A stretch of 64,000 nt of DNA. Origin: Picochlorum sp. SENEW3. Taxonomy: Eukaryota. The stretch is taken from NCBI GenBank assembly GCA_034226945.1, contig CP120453.1, forward strand, positions 1,054,001 to 1,118,000, read 5' to 3'. The first letter of the stretch is position 1; the number at the start of each line of letters is the position of its first letter. Positions 44,064 to 56,531 of this stretch are shown here, in pieces. Under the pieces are notes generated by a model. That model saw nothing but the letters and a program-made list of their open reading frames with translations. It did not search any database and had not been told where the DNA came from. Made by a program: the position numbers and the translations under genes.

Positions 44064-45080
44064 ATGGTGCGCGTGCGCGCCGCTCACATGTCACATGTGA
44101 TAAGGACAATGCTGCTGCTGTTCGTGTGCTGTGGTCTACCAGGCATGGTATGGGGAGCGGACGGGGCGTGCAGAGGAGCAACAAGTCGGGATGTGCTCTC
44201 AAACTTGCAGATTTACAGTGGGAATGAGAATGCTATTCTCATGTGGGAGTACCCGGAGGGTGTGTGTTTCCTGAGTTTTGTGGTGAGTGCCACAGAGCTG
44301 GATGGCTCTGGGCAGGATGTGAGGGAGGCTGCATCGTTCGAGACTACCCTGAGAAATACACTTGTGCCAAAGCTGAAAAACGGCATTCCATATCGGTTTG
44401 ATGTGCAAGTCAAGTATGCGAGTGATGCGTTCGGCCCGTCAATTTCCAACACGACCATACCATCTCCTCCATGCAAGCAGAAGGGAGAGCCAGGGCCTGT
44501 CAAAGGTCTGAGCGTGGTGCGACAGACACCAGAATCTGTGGGAATTTGCTGGTCTGCCCCCGAGGATGGAGTCGGATGTGTCGATGAATACATTATTGGG
44601 AAGAGAATGAAACCCAGGAATGATGCCGAGGCATTTTCAGAGGAATTCGAATGGACTATTAGCAAAGCAGCACTCCCTGGCTGCCATACATTTACAGACC
44701 ATGAGCTCAATCGGCCATATGAATATGGTGTCCAAGCATATAATGCTCCTTCACAGATTGGTGGTGAGGCCAAGGTTGTCAATGTGTATGTGGCTGATTC
44801 ATGGCGATGTCTTCCTCTTGGAACATACTACCCCACATGCCAGGCTGCCAAGGATGGTGTCTGTGAGGCACTTGACTGCTCTGAGATTGCAGCTCAGGAT
44901 AAATGTGATCTCCCATCGGTGAGAAAGTATGATGCATTGAGAAAAACTGTTGTTCAGTACTGCTCAAGCGTTTGTCCGTGTGATGTGCCTGATGAGGAAG
45001 AGATTGCCGTCATTGATGAATTGGAATGGATGGATTTTCAGAGTCCAAGTCTGCTGGATGATGACATCTGCTGCGCATAA
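44064..45080 (+). CDS. Secreted protein with two fibronectin type III domains and a Cys-rich C-terminus
   Basis: Signal peptide; ILMWEYP...PKLKNGIPYRFDVQV and ICWSAPEDG...YEYGVQAYN FN3 patterns. Confidence 0.8.
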   Translation: MVRVRAAHMSHVIRTMLLLFVCCGLPGMVWGADGACRGATSRDVLSNLQIYSGNENAILMWEYPEGVCFLSFVVSATELDGSGQDVREAASFETTLRNTLVPKLKNGIPYRFDVQVKYASDAFGPSISNTTIPSPPCKQKGEPGPVKGLSVVRQTPESVGICWSAPEDGVGCVDEYIIGKRMKPRNDAEAFSEEFEWTISKAALPGCHTFTDHELNRPYEYGVQAYNAPSQIGGEAKVVNVYVADSWRCLPLGTYYPTCQAAKDGVCEALDCSEIAAQDKCDLPSVRKYDALRKTVVQYCSSVCPCDVPDEEEIAVIDELEWMDFQSPSLLDDDICCA

Positions 45081-45123
45081 TCAATTATTAAATCATTGAA
45101 GCATTCTTATTTTGAATTTATTA

Positions 45124-45943
45124 TTATTGAAGGATTGCATGCTTGACTGCGGTATGCATGAACGCCGAAGCCATTATGACACATATATGAAAGGCCTCGT
45201 GATACCCAAAAAGAGACGGAGCAACATTTGGCCAGTGCATAGCATACATGAGGCCACCAATTGAATACGTCAGTCCTGCACGCAACAGTAGCATCAATCT
45301 ATTTTGTACTTGAAGTATTGCCTAGTGTTCAGTATGTAACAAAAATACAAAACACACCTCCTGCCACAAGATTAGTATACACTGTCGGCCCAAACATATC
45401 ATGAAGGTTGCTCAACACTGGAATCCCAATCCAACCCAAGGCAATGTATAAAGCAACAGACACCATTTTTGATTGAAACCCGCCTGCATTGAAGATGGAA
45501 TGTACAATCCCCAGTATAGCTCCAACCCACACGAGGAGCAACAAGTATGATGCATTCACCTCCTCTCTGTCCAATGCAAGTGCACAGAATGGCGTGTATG
45601 TACCAGCTATCAACATGTATATGGCTGCATGATCCCATCTTCGAAGCATCAATCGTGTCTCTGGGTCCCAATGGGGTGTGTGGTATATCGATGAGATGCT
45701 GAACAGGCATGTTGTGCTCAGTGCAAATACCAGACACGCAGCTCTGCTGATGGGCGTTGATGCCTCAGAGATCAATCGGATACCTACACTCATGAACAAA
45801 TTGTGATGAATACTATTTAATATGCCTTCTATCAACATCGATTGTCCCGTACCGAAAGGAATCGAGAGAAAAGCAGCAATTATGTGGGAAACCCCACGGA
45901 GCTTGGCCTTTGCAGGCGCCTGGGCTTTGTTTGCAGTGCCCAT
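45124..45943 (-). CDS. Hemolysin III/PAQR family membrane protein, 3 exons
   Basis: LRGVSH, SSIYH, RRWDHAAIYMLIAGTYTP, YIALGW, final exon FGYHEAFH. Confidence 0.9.
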
Positions 45944-46141
45944 TTTATCAGCGTCCCTATAGTACTCTATTACGATCAACAATACTATTTATTTTATCGA
46001 TTTAATGACACAAAGTACGAGTTTGTGCGTGAATGAGCGTCACGTCATCGTTCTTATGTTGTTTGTTTGTCCAACCACATTTTCAAAGTTGATCTCTGTT
46101 GCTCCCTTTTTCTTCCTATGGTAGATATCCCATTATCATTG

Positions 46142-47794
46142 TTACTCTAATGGATACATGATGACATTTCTGTCAGGGAACTGTCTCTTGATATCCGGCA
46201 CAATGCTCTTGGCATCGCCAATAATCATAACTGTCATCTGTTTTGGATGCAAATGTCTTGCTGCAGCTGCCTGCACGCTCTGTGGAGTCGCAGTTTTCAC
46301 CTTGTCCATGTACTCGTAAATATAGTTCTCATCAATACCGAACGTTTCAAATATGACAGCCCTTCTTAGTTGGTTCTGCAGACTTGCAAAACTGAAAACA
46401 AATGAATTTAAAGTTTGCTCTTGTGCTCTACTGAATTCCTCCTCACTGGGAATCATGGTCGTTGCCATATCAAGCGTAGTGAACAGGCTTTTTAATAGTG
46501 GTGCTGGTCTTTCTGTCTGCGCCGTGGCGAGAAAGAGACCAGGATGATCAATTGGGGTCGATGCCCAACCAGCCGAGACAGAGTAGGCCAGGCCTTCTTT
46601 GCTGCGAATACGATCAAACAAGCTGCCCCCAAATGAATTGAGCAACTCTGACAGAATACCCAGGTCTATTTCATCGGGATCTTTAAGGGCTATTCCAGGC
46701 TCTGCCACCGCTACCGTGCTCTGTCTCAAGCCTGGGGAGTCAATGACATACACATTGCCTGCTACATCTGTTTGGTCTGGAATCCCTGGGTTTGGAACGA
46801 CCACAGTATCATTCGAGGCATCACTCTTCCAATCTTGAAAATAATCTTGTAATGTACGGGTCATGCGTTTTGTGTTGAAATCACCAACAATACCAATAAC
46901 GGTGGCCTTGGGATTCTCATGTTTTTGAATCCATGCTCGCATGTCATCCATGGTCGTCTGAACAATCTGATCCTCGGTCGGTTCGGCAATATATACTGAA
47001 TCTTTACCATATATTAGCTTTTCAATCTCTCGAAGTGGCACATTCTGTGGAGAATCATTCTTATGAGCCAAAGCATTGATCAACTGCAATTTGTTCAACC
47101 GCAATTTGCTCTCAGACAAGTGAGGATCCTGCACCATTTCAGATACAAGTCCCACGACTCTACTCGCATCCCCTTTCAAACAGGAAAATCCAAATGTTAC
47201 GGCTTCAGAACCCGATCCTCCTTCTATCTGTGCAGACATACTTTCTAAAATTTCATCAAACTCTTCCTCTGGATGAGAAACACTCCCACCAGATCTCTGT
47301 ATCGATGCAGATAAAGTCGACAATGCTGGATTGGAAGCTGGAGCGAGTCTATCTCCCCCCTTGATGGATACAATCCCACGCACAAGAGGCACTTCATGGT
47401 CCTCTAGAAGAATAAGCCTGACACCATTCTTCAAGCGCAACCTTGTATACGTTGGTGCATCCGGTGTTTTGATCCCTGCAAATGATTCAGGCAGCGATGG
47501 AAGGCTATCAAACGCGGATTTCACCCGCTGATCAAATTGATACATGGTGGTCACCTCTGGAGGAGGTGGACCAGCATGTGCATCACTAGAAACACCACAT
47601 CCAAGTTGCAGGGCAAGCATACTCCCGACAACAGATACAGTTGCCTGTCGTACAATGTCTCCAGTAGATGCAGAAGCAGGTGTCTGTGCCCTTGAACAGT
47701 GCAATGCTCTGCCTGGGACCACCACCCTACCACTCATAGCTCCTTCTTGCCTACCATGCCATTCTCGTGGTCCCGATACCGACCTTATTTTCAT
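46142..47794 (-). CDS. M16 (insulinase-family) peptidase-like protein, probably non-catalytic subunit, plastid-targeted
   Basis: LKNGVRLILLEDHEVPLV and LFDRIRSKEGLAYSV; no HxxEH motif seen. Start uncertain (ORF extends to 47902). Confidence 0.85.
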   Translation of the reverse strand: MKIRSVSGPREWHGRQEGAMSGRVVVPGRALHCSRAQTPASASTGDIVRQATVSVVGSMLALQLGCGVSSDAHAGPPPPEVTTMYQFDQRVKSAFDSLPSLPESFAGIKTPDAPTYTRLRLKNGVRLILLEDHEVPLVRGIVSIKGGDRLAPASNPALSTLSASIQRSGGSVSHPEEEFDEILESMSAQIEGGSGSEAVTFGFSCLKGDASRVVGLVSEMVQDPHLSESKLRLNKLQLINALAHKNDSPQNVPLREIEKLIYGKDSVYIAEPTEDQIVQTTMDDMRAWIQKHENPKATVIGIVGDFNTKRMTRTLQDYFQDWKSDASNDTVVVPNPGIPDQTDVAGNVYVIDSPGLRQSTVAVAEPGIALKDPDEIDLGILSELLNSFGGSLFDRIRSKEGLAYSVSAGWASTPIDHPGLFLATAQTERPAPLLKSLFTTLDMATTMIPSEEEFSRAQEQTLNSFVFSFASLQNQLRRAVIFETFGIDENYIYEYMDKVKTATPQSVQAAAARHLHPKQMTVMIIGDAKSIVPDIKRQFPDRNVIMYPLE

Positions 47795-48028
47795 CGTGTC
47801 ACCATGTGTGAAACAGGCATTTAGTAATTGAAATTTGTGTCGATCAGGCGAAAGCCTTGGATGGATGACATTCAACTTTGGGTGTTTTCTAAATCTTAAC
47901 ATCGGAAGAAAAGCATGGTCTGATTCACGGATGGTCCTATTCTGTCCAAAATTTTCAAGAATCAGAGTACAATTAATGCCTAAAATACATTACTCAAGCA
48001 TATTCTCGTGTTGATTGATTCATCCACC

Positions 48029-50011
48029 ATGGGAAAGGGTGATACGAGTGAAAAGGCTGCAACCATGTCTCATGGGGTGTTCTCACGCCATACTGTGTGC
48101 TTGGTTCTGGATTACGGATCACAATACACTCAATTGATTGCAAGAAGAATTCGTGACAATGGTGTTTTGTCAATGTTGCTCCCAGGGGATGTTTCTTTGG
48201 TGCGTCATGCATCCCACAATGTCATGCATGTTCGAATCGCCTCTGTCGGAGGCAGTGTGGAGCATGATGCGTGATATTATGATGTATATCTGACTGATAC
48301 TAATGAAATGTTACTATATCGTGTAGGATCGTATCAAAGAGGCGCAGCCAAAGGCAATTATTCTGTCTGGAGGACCAAACTCTGTCCATGTGGAAGGGGC
48401 TCCTCGTTTACCTGATGGATTCTTCGAGTATTGTGATGAGCATAGTATACCAGTGCTTGGTATTTGCTATGGGATGCAGTTAATCGTGCATACTCTCGGA
48501 GGCGAGGTGAAGAGTGCTACTGGTGGAGGAGAGTATGGAAGGATGCCAGTGCACACTGTGTCTGATTCCATCTTGTATGAGGGTGTTGATGGTCCATCGC
48601 AGTTGGTATGGATGAGTCATGGCGATGAGGCAGTGCGACTGCCTGATGGATTTGTTTGTGTTGGTAAGAGTGAACAGGGGGCTGTTGTTGCGATTGAGAG
48701 TCCATCGCGGAAGATTTTTGGGCTCCAATATCATCCAGAAGTGGTTCACTCAGAGCGAGGAGGGGAAACGATCAAACACTTTCTGTTTGATTTGGCACAG
48801 CTGAGTGGAGATTGGAAGATGGAGAATGTCTTGGAAGAAGAGATGGAAAAGGTGAGGAAGCAAGTCGGGCCAAAGGATCATGTGATTTGTGCATTATCTG
48901 GAGGTGTGGACTCTACTGTGGCTGCCACCCTCGTGCACAAGGTTTTGGGTGATCGTTTGCACTGTGTTTTTGTTGATAACGGTTTACTTCGGTATAAAGA
49001 AGGAGAGAGAGTTATGAGTACGTTCAAAGAGCATCTGCATTTACCAGTGACAAAAATTGATGATTCCAAGCGCATGCTGTCCAAGCTGGCAGGGGTATCT
49101 GATCCCGAGAAGAAACGTAAGACGATTGGGGCAGGATTCATAGACGTGTTTTCGGAATTTGCAACAAAACTCGAGAATGAATTGGGCCACAAGCCTAAAT
49201 TTTTAGTTCAAGGAACTCTGTATCCCGATGTGATTGAATCATGCCCTCCTCCAGGGAAGGGCCAGAAGCACAGTCACACCATCAAGAGTCATCATAATGT
49301 TGGTGGGTTGCCCGAGGATTTGCAGTTTGATTTAATTGAGCCATTACGGGAATTGTTCAAGGATGAAGTACGGGCGATGGGAAGGCTTTTGGGTGTGCCA
49401 GAACAGTTTATAGCTCGCCATCCATTCCCAGGACCTGGTCTGGCTGTCAGAGTGCTGGGTGATGTGACTGAAAACAATGCACTGGATATCTTGCGGGACG
49501 TAGATGAAGTATACATCAATGCTATAAAAGAACATGGATTATATGATAAAATTTGGCAGGCATTTGCAGTATTTTTGCCCATTAAGAGTGTTGGTACGTG
49601 TTTTTTAATGCAAAAGAAGGACTGTCGCGGTGATGATTGAAGAAAATTACAATTGCTGTTCAATCCGACTGTACAACGTACATTATGGTGGACACGCTGA
49701 CCCTTCCCCAGCTGAGCGACACAAATTACTCTTCTTCCTCAATGTGGCATATGAAAATGTACCATGAGTTGATACTAGTATCCTTTTGTTTGTCTACCCC
49801 TGCAGGAGTCCAAGGAGATCAGAGAACGCATTCCTACGTTGTTGGTCTACGGGCAGTTACGTCATCCGATGGCATGACTGCAGACTGGTATCCCTTTGAA
49901 CCAAGCTTTCTTCAGTATGTCTCTACCAAAATCTGCAATACGATTCGAGGGGTCAACCGAGTCGTCTATGATGTCACATCAAAGCCTCCTGGAACAATCG
50001 AGTGGGAATAA
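48029..50011 (+). CDS. guaA: GMP synthase (glutamine-hydrolysing), 3 exons
   Basis: [55 protein letters not shown]. Confidence 0.96.
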
Positions 50012-50355
50012 ATTCAATCGATCCATGAAGAAACGGCTGTAAAATAAAAAAAACCTAGATTATTCATAACTTAACGTACTCCATTGGTACGATATACGTG
50101 AATATTCCCGAGAATCGCCAAAGAATTAAGGACAGCATGTGCAAGTTCTGCATGTCAACTTGACTGGTGTCGATTCCGTAGGCGACGATACTATTCGATT
50201 TCCTCGAATTAATGACATAAAACTTGTATACTATTGTAGGTCAATTCTATTTCCTGGACACGACAGCCAGCAGAAAAGTACTTGTGCCACGACATGCGTC
50301 TTTTGTCCTAGAGAGAACATGACTCTGTTTTTCTGTCTAAAATAGTCTATGCATT

Positions 50356-50880
50356 ATGGAGGACCATCGCGAGGGAGAATCAACAACCAAACAGTCCACC
50401 TCTCAGCATGCATTGACTCCATACTCTCTTCTATCGATTGGATCTGCTGCATTTGCGGGGGCAGCAGTACTCACTGGGACTACGCACTATTACGGAACTG
50501 CCAAGGCACTGTCGAAAGAGGGCATACCCCCATCTTCTCGATATCAAGCATTCCCAGTAGCTGCAAAGGCTTTAACTGTAAGTACTCTAGGATGCGTGCT
50601 GTTTGGAGCATTGGCAGCATGGGGCATGACTTCTTTTGGTCAAGTAGGATACAAGTCTGTAGGTGTCTCAATTTCTGATGCCATATCTCTGGCCAAGCAA
50701 CAACGGGTGCGGTTTTACATACATTTGGTACAAATAAATAAATAGCAGTTCTGGGATGCATTTATTATTAAAATAATGTCATTCTGTCTTTGGTTGGCGA
50801 ATGCAGGAGATTATACAAAATGAGTTTCGGAAGCGCCTCCAGTCATCATCTGGACAGCATCCCAATGATGATCAACCATA
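50356..50880 (+). CDS. Small two-TM membrane protein (possibly TMEM242/DUF1358-like), 2 exons
   Basis: Two hydrophobic helices; donor after 50706 splices in frame to a final exon EIIQNEFRKRLQ...*. Confidence 0.5.
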
Positions 50881-51315
50881 AACATATCAGGAGTTTGTAT
50901 CCCTCGCTCTGTCATCTGGATAACGCAGTGTTGGTGAAAAGCTGTGACAATCCTCATTCGAGAGATAATGGTAAAGGAAAGGGAACATTTTCTGAACCTA
51001 GAGCTCGTTTGCAATAGTCAGCAATGCTGGATACGTCTTTTATTATTTGTACAGAGTCATACATTTCATCAACTGTCGCTGATATATAGTGCTACGCTGT
51101 GTGTTGAGCGAGGAGTATATTCATTTTCTATTTGCTATACATGCTGAATAAATCAATGCATCTTCAGGTGTTTTGTAACTGTGACGTTTCTTTTTTACTT
51201 GACATGTTTCAGATCGTGACAACACATTGTTTCTCCACAAAAGATTGCAAAATAATCGATCACTACTGCGTTTGTATTATTATGTACAATACTACATCTA
51301 TGTGGTTGCAGGGCA

Positions 51316-52161
51316 CTAGTATCGGTCATAGTCTCGATACGGGCGTCTGTCATAATGCACATCTCTGCATACAACACAATTGGTGAGACCCTTTCATCAT
51401 CTTCTCTGAAATACATTTTGCGTCATCTCCAGCAGCAGCACATGCGAATCATTCCACACAGTGATGTACTTACCGACCATCATATCTGTCCCGGCGGTCA
51501 TAATCGCGACGATCATCACGACGGTCATAATCGCGGCGGTCATAGTCACGACGATCATAGTCACGACGATCATAATCCCTTCTTCCGGAATCCCTGTATG
51601 AGCGCCTGTCGTCGTATCCCCCACGGCGATCGTACCCACCTCTACCAAAGTCCCTGCGTGGTCCACCACGGCCACGGCGAGGTCTTGGGCCAATCTCAGA
51701 CCGTGGAATCGCTGCGCGAACAGAGATACGACGTCCATCAATCTCTGTATCGTGTACCTTGGCAATAGCATCCTCCCTGGATGCTTCGTCCTTGAAGTAC
51801 ACAAACCCAAAGCCACGGCTCTTTCCGTTGAACTTATCCTTCATCACAACGCACTCATCCGGCGCAAAGTCAGCAAAAACTGCATCAATAAGACATTATA
51901 AAGATCAGAGTATCCATCGACATGAAGAAAGAATGCAAAGATTCAAGAGCATGCACGAATCTACGTTCATCAGCAGGACGCACTGTCTCTGAGGTCTTCA
52001 TCCTCAATCTTCCATGGGAGTCCACCTACAAATGCTTTGAATGAATTGTCTTCCTCATTTTCAGGCATGCGTTCATCCTTTGGGGACAAGGAACGGGCTC
52101 TGTCACCGTCGTCATCTCTGCGGGCAGGACTGCGGGAACGTTCTCTGTCACTTTCACTCAT
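51316..52161 (-). CDS. RRM RNA-binding protein with RS head and RRDYD-repeat tail, multi-exon
   Basis: RNP2 AFVGGL, RNP1 RGFGFVYF, tandem DRRDY repeats; last exon RDVHYDRRPYRDYDRY*. Confidence 0.88.
51495..51576 (-). repeat. 15-nt coding tandem repeat (RRDYD)
   Basis: Repeated gatcatagtcacgac-like units on the + strand. Confidence 0.8.
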
Positions 52162-52389
52162 CCTTACTCCTCTGATAGCTTTTTAAATATTTTTTATTGA
52201 ATATTTAATGGGCGGGATGCATGAGTAGACTTTGGTTTTGGTCAATAATCCGCCCATCATTGAAACAAAGACATGGAGGGTCCTTCTCCCATCAACGTAT
52301 CGATTTGATGGGTGTATTGGGCATTTGACGGGTTCTCCATGTGGGACTACAGTCTGGCTTGTTCAGTGAGCCATATCTATGTTGCATAT

Positions 52390-54356
52390 TAAATTGAATA
52401 GGTAGTAGGATGTCGTTGTTTAGACTTTGTAGAGGGTGGCGAGATCGAGAAGGATTGGCATGGGTGCGTCGTGGGTATCAGCAGGAAGGGGCAAGCCTTC
52501 TTGTTGGGAACAGTGCTGTCCTCTGCGGTGCGACGCAGATTGTAACACGATGTGTACATTCACTGTTTGAAAACAACAACAGACGAGTTTCGTCGAAAGA
52601 AACACCGAGAGCGAGACAGCAGCTGCCAGAATCTTTGCTTCCAGTGGTGAGTTGTTCTTCTTTGTCTGTGCTTGAGGAGTGAGACATTGCTTCTCTCTCG
52701 GGTTGTGTTATCCTCGTGCTGCATGGTGCATCTACTACTAATATTAATGTGCTACTAAATCCATGCAGGTTTCTATTGTTGGTCGGCCGAATGTGGGCAA
52801 GAGTGCATTGTTTAATAGATTTGTGAGGAAGCGGCAAGCCATTGTCAGAGATACTCCTTTGGGGCATGTGACAAGAGATTATCAAGAAGGAAGAGCCTCT
52901 GTTGCAGATTTACAATTTTTGGCTGTAGATACGTCTGGTTTAGAGCCTCATTACCCGACGGACTCGATACAGATGCGAGCAACATCATTGACTCGAGATG
53001 TGTTGCAGCGGTCTGATGTCATCTTGTTTCTGTTGGACGGTCGGGATGGCGTTCTGGTCACGGATGAGAATGTAGCAGGATGGTTTCGGTCTTCTGGAAA
53101 TGATATAGTACAGAAAATTATTCCCGTGGTGAATAAATGTGAAAGAAGTGCGCGTAGAGATGGTGTTGAAGCAGAGGTGTCACGGTTGGGGTTTGATGAC
53201 TATGTTGCTATTTCGGCGGAGACAGGGGAAGGTATGGCTGATTTATACCAGAGTCTTGCTGAGAAGATTGATAGTATTATTGAGTCACGGATAGAGGCGA
53301 TGGCGAGTCTAGGCGAGGAGGTGGTTAGTGAACGAGATGACAGTGTCCATGCTTCTTCTTCTGATGCACGGCATCCTAAAATTGCCATTATGGGGCTCAC
53401 GAATGTGGTGCGTCATCATAAATATGTATCTTAAATATCGCGCATGTGACAAACAAATGGGTTGTAACATGCTGTATCTAATGCAGGGTAAGAGCACGCT
53501 GATGAACAGGATCCTTGGGCATGAGAGATGCATCACTGGCCCAGAGCCGGGCTTGACTAGGGATGCCATCTCCACAAGGGTACATTTTGAGGGTGGAACG
53601 GTTGAGATAATAGACACAGCTGGATGGATCAAAAAGAGTCAGTTAAAGGCACACGATGATTCTGAAGGAGCTGTTGCAGAATTGACCATGCGCGAGGGTA
53701 AAACCGTGTTGCGTTTTGTGCACATCGTGTTGCTCTTAATCGACTGCACCAGGTGCGTGAATTTTGTATGTATTTATGGCTCCGACGGCTACCCTCAAAC
53801 TATAAATATCGATTGATGCAGGGTTCTCAGAAGAAATACGGGACTAACGCATGCTGAAGCAGCATTGGCAGCTGATGCTGTGGCCCAAGGCCGAGCTCTC
53901 ATTGTGTGCCTGAACAAGGTAGATATGGTGTCTTCTCATCCTGGACAGTACGAACATATCATAGACTTGGTACAGCAAGATTTAACCCGAGTCACACCAG
54001 AGCTAGGACAAGGAACGATGATTCCTATTTCAGCACTTCAAGGAAGTGGTGTACCAGGCATTCTGCCAGCTGCAATGGCAGCATATGAGACCTGGAATAG
54101 ACGCATCCCAACAGGAAAGCTCAACTCTTGGCTTCAGAAGGAAAGTAAACTGAGATTTGAAGGAGGAGGAAAAGAGATTGGAAGAATCAAGTATGTATCT
54201 CAAGTCAAGTCTCGTCCCCCATCCTTTGTTGCCTTTGTCTCTGGCAAATCCTCCCTGAGTGATGCCACGTGTCGTTTCCTGGCCAATAGCATTCGAAAAG
54301 AATTCAATCTCGAAAGCATACCGATTCGAATTACGGTGCGAACGACCAGAAAATAA
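52390..54356 (+). CDS. engA: Organellar EngA/Der double GTPase, 4 exons
   Basis: GRPNVGKS, VTRD, DTSG, NKCE; second domain GLTNV-GKS, LTRDAI, DTAG, NKVD; KH-like IKYVSQVKSRPPSF. Confidence 0.9.
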
Positions 54357-54395
54357 AATAAAACTTCCTTATGTGTTACACGAGAAGAAAATATT

Positions 54396-55673
54396 TTACA
54401 CGAAAAACTCTCTCCCAGCCTCATCCCTCACCTTGATCTTCTCCTCAACCCCAAGGGATGCCATCTCCTCTGCAATGGATGAAAACAACACTGATGACAG
54501 ATATCTCTCCCCAAACGATGGAATCACGACAACTATATTCTTTCCTTTATACTCCTTCTTTGACGCCACCTCCAACGCAGCACACACAGCAGCTCCGCTC
54601 GAAATACCCACCAACAAGCCTTCCTCTGTGGCAAGCCTCTTGGCCATCTCCACTGCCGCATCGCTTGGAACCTTGACAATCTCATCATATATCTTGGTAT
54701 CCAAAACCCCTGGAACAAACCCAGCACCAATTCCCTGAATCTTGTGCGGCCCGGGGCCGCCACCAGACAGCACCGCGCTCTCCTCTGGCTCCACCGCAAC
54801 CACCTTGACTGATGTCTTCTTCTCCTTCAAATACCTTCCAGTCCCAGTAATAGTCCCTCCTGTCCCCACCCCAGACACGAGCACATCCACTTCTCCATTC
54901 GTATCATTCCAAATCTCAGGACCCGTCGTCTCATAATGAATTGCCGCATTCGCAGGGTTTTCAAACTGCTGCAAAATGTAGGCATTCTCCGTCTCGGCAG
55001 CAATATCCACTGCCCTGGCAACAGCACCCTTCATCCCCTTGGCCGGGTCAGTCAACACCAGCTTTGCCCCAAACGCTTGCAACAACACCCTCCGCTCCAA
55101 CGACATGGATGCTGGCATTGTCAGAATCAAATCATACCCCTTGGCAGCAGCCACAAAGGCAAGACCAATCCCTGTATTCCCACTCGTTGGTTCCACCAAC
55201 GTTGTCTTCCCAGGCTCAATAATACCCTTCTTCTCCGCCTCTTCAATCATATTCCTACCAATTCTATCTTTCACACTACAGCATGGCTCCATGCTCTCCA
55301 ACTTGGCAATCAGAGTCGCCCCGCAGCCCGCACCAATTCGATTCAGATTCACCATGGGGGTATCCCCAACCAAGTCTGTAATAGACGACGCAATCTTTTG
55401 GGTCTTCTTCGTCACAGGACCCGATGATGACACTGTTGATGATTCATTTGTAGTAGACGACGCAGCTGCTACATACTGCTGTCGTCTCGTGCCAAGATTC
55501 TTCAAGGACGACAATGGAGATGATTGTCGACCACTCCCAACGCCCCGCATACCTGCTAGAGGCGATGGGTTCATCTGAGTATGCATTCTTGTCATATGTA
55601 ACATCGCATTCATATGAAGTATAATTCTACACAGACCGCAGTCTCGTGTATCGTAGAGGTTCAGTGGAAACAT
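54396..55673 (-). CDS. cysK: Cysteine synthase (O-acetylserine thiol-lyase), organellar
   Basis: [41 protein letters not shown]. Start probably at a downstream Met. Confidence 0.96.
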   Translation of the reverse strand: MFPLNLYDTRDCGLCRIILHMNAMLHMTRMHTQMNPSPLAGMRGVGSGRQSSPLSSLKNLGTRRQQYVAAASSTTNESSTVSSSGPVTKKTQKIASSITDLVGDTPMVNLNRIGAGCGATLIAKLESMEPCCSVKDRIGRNMIEEAEKKGIIEPGKTTLVEPTSGNTGIGLAFVAAAKGYDLILTMPASMSLERRVLLQAFGAKLVLTDPAKGMKGAVARAVDIAAETENAYILQQFENPANAAIHYETTGPEIWNDTNGEVDVLVSGVGTGGTITGTGRYLKEKKTSVKVVAVEPEESAVLSGGGPGPHKIQGIGAGFVPGVLDTKIYDEIVKVPSDAAVEMAKRLATEEGLLVGISSGAAVCAALEVASKKEYKGKNIVVVIPSFGERYLSSVLFSSIAEEMASLGVEEKIKVRDEAGREFFV

Positions 55674-56531
55674 TTTAAATGTACAATTTACAAAACTTTC
55701 GTGAATTCTACGACAGGGTCAATCTCCATCGTCATAACTCCTGTTCCATTTAAAGAGTTTCCTATGTAGTCCATATCCAGATATCACTCAATACGTCTGT
55801 GTCAACCTGTATACTGCCCAGCTTCACATTGAGGAGATGAATGTCATCCCACCTGTTGAATGCAATAACATCTACAAAGTCGTGCAATTCATATCCCCTG
55901 TTCTATACTCAGAGAATAGAGGTCATAAGACGTATCACATGGTATCCTGTCAAGATCTGGGCAACGCAGACTGGGTGCCCTGTCCTGGCTGGTGTGTATC
56001 TCCAACAAGGAGACTGTCAGTCGGTTCAAACACACCACTCTGCATGGCAATAAACTGCCATCACAAATGTTATCAATATCAATTCTTTTTGCTATTACAA
56101 CATAGGAATGTGATTATATCGCTGGAAATGGCACGTCGCACGAGAGGCTCTTCTTGCAGGTGGTACCCAAAAAAAAACTTCCGGAAGTTGGAATTCCGAT
56201 ACAATGTCAATTTGACGCTACTGTACAGTTCTATTCGTTTAAATATCAATTACAATGTAGTTACACACACGATATGGTTCTCCGAGGCACTCGGTCAAAA
56301 AGAATTCGCTAGACTCATCACCTCTCGTGGTAAGAGGCCCGCTGAACGGTCCGCGAGGACGTCCTCGAACGTCGACGTTGACAAGGCGCGCCTGGTGGCA
56401 ATAGTGATGCCATGACAATCTTACGCTACGCCCTACGCGGTCGGATTCCAACATCTGCTTTCAAAGCAAGCCTACCAATCCCTAGCACATTTGTAAATCT
56501 CACTTTCGACACCTTATTTTCCAATGGAGAC

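Noticed and set aside
1853..50011. Nucleotide-metabolism gene cluster (PfkB, dCMP deaminase, HPT, GMP synthase)
   Set aside because: Spread over about 48 kb among unrelated genes; compatible with chance in a gene-dense genome.
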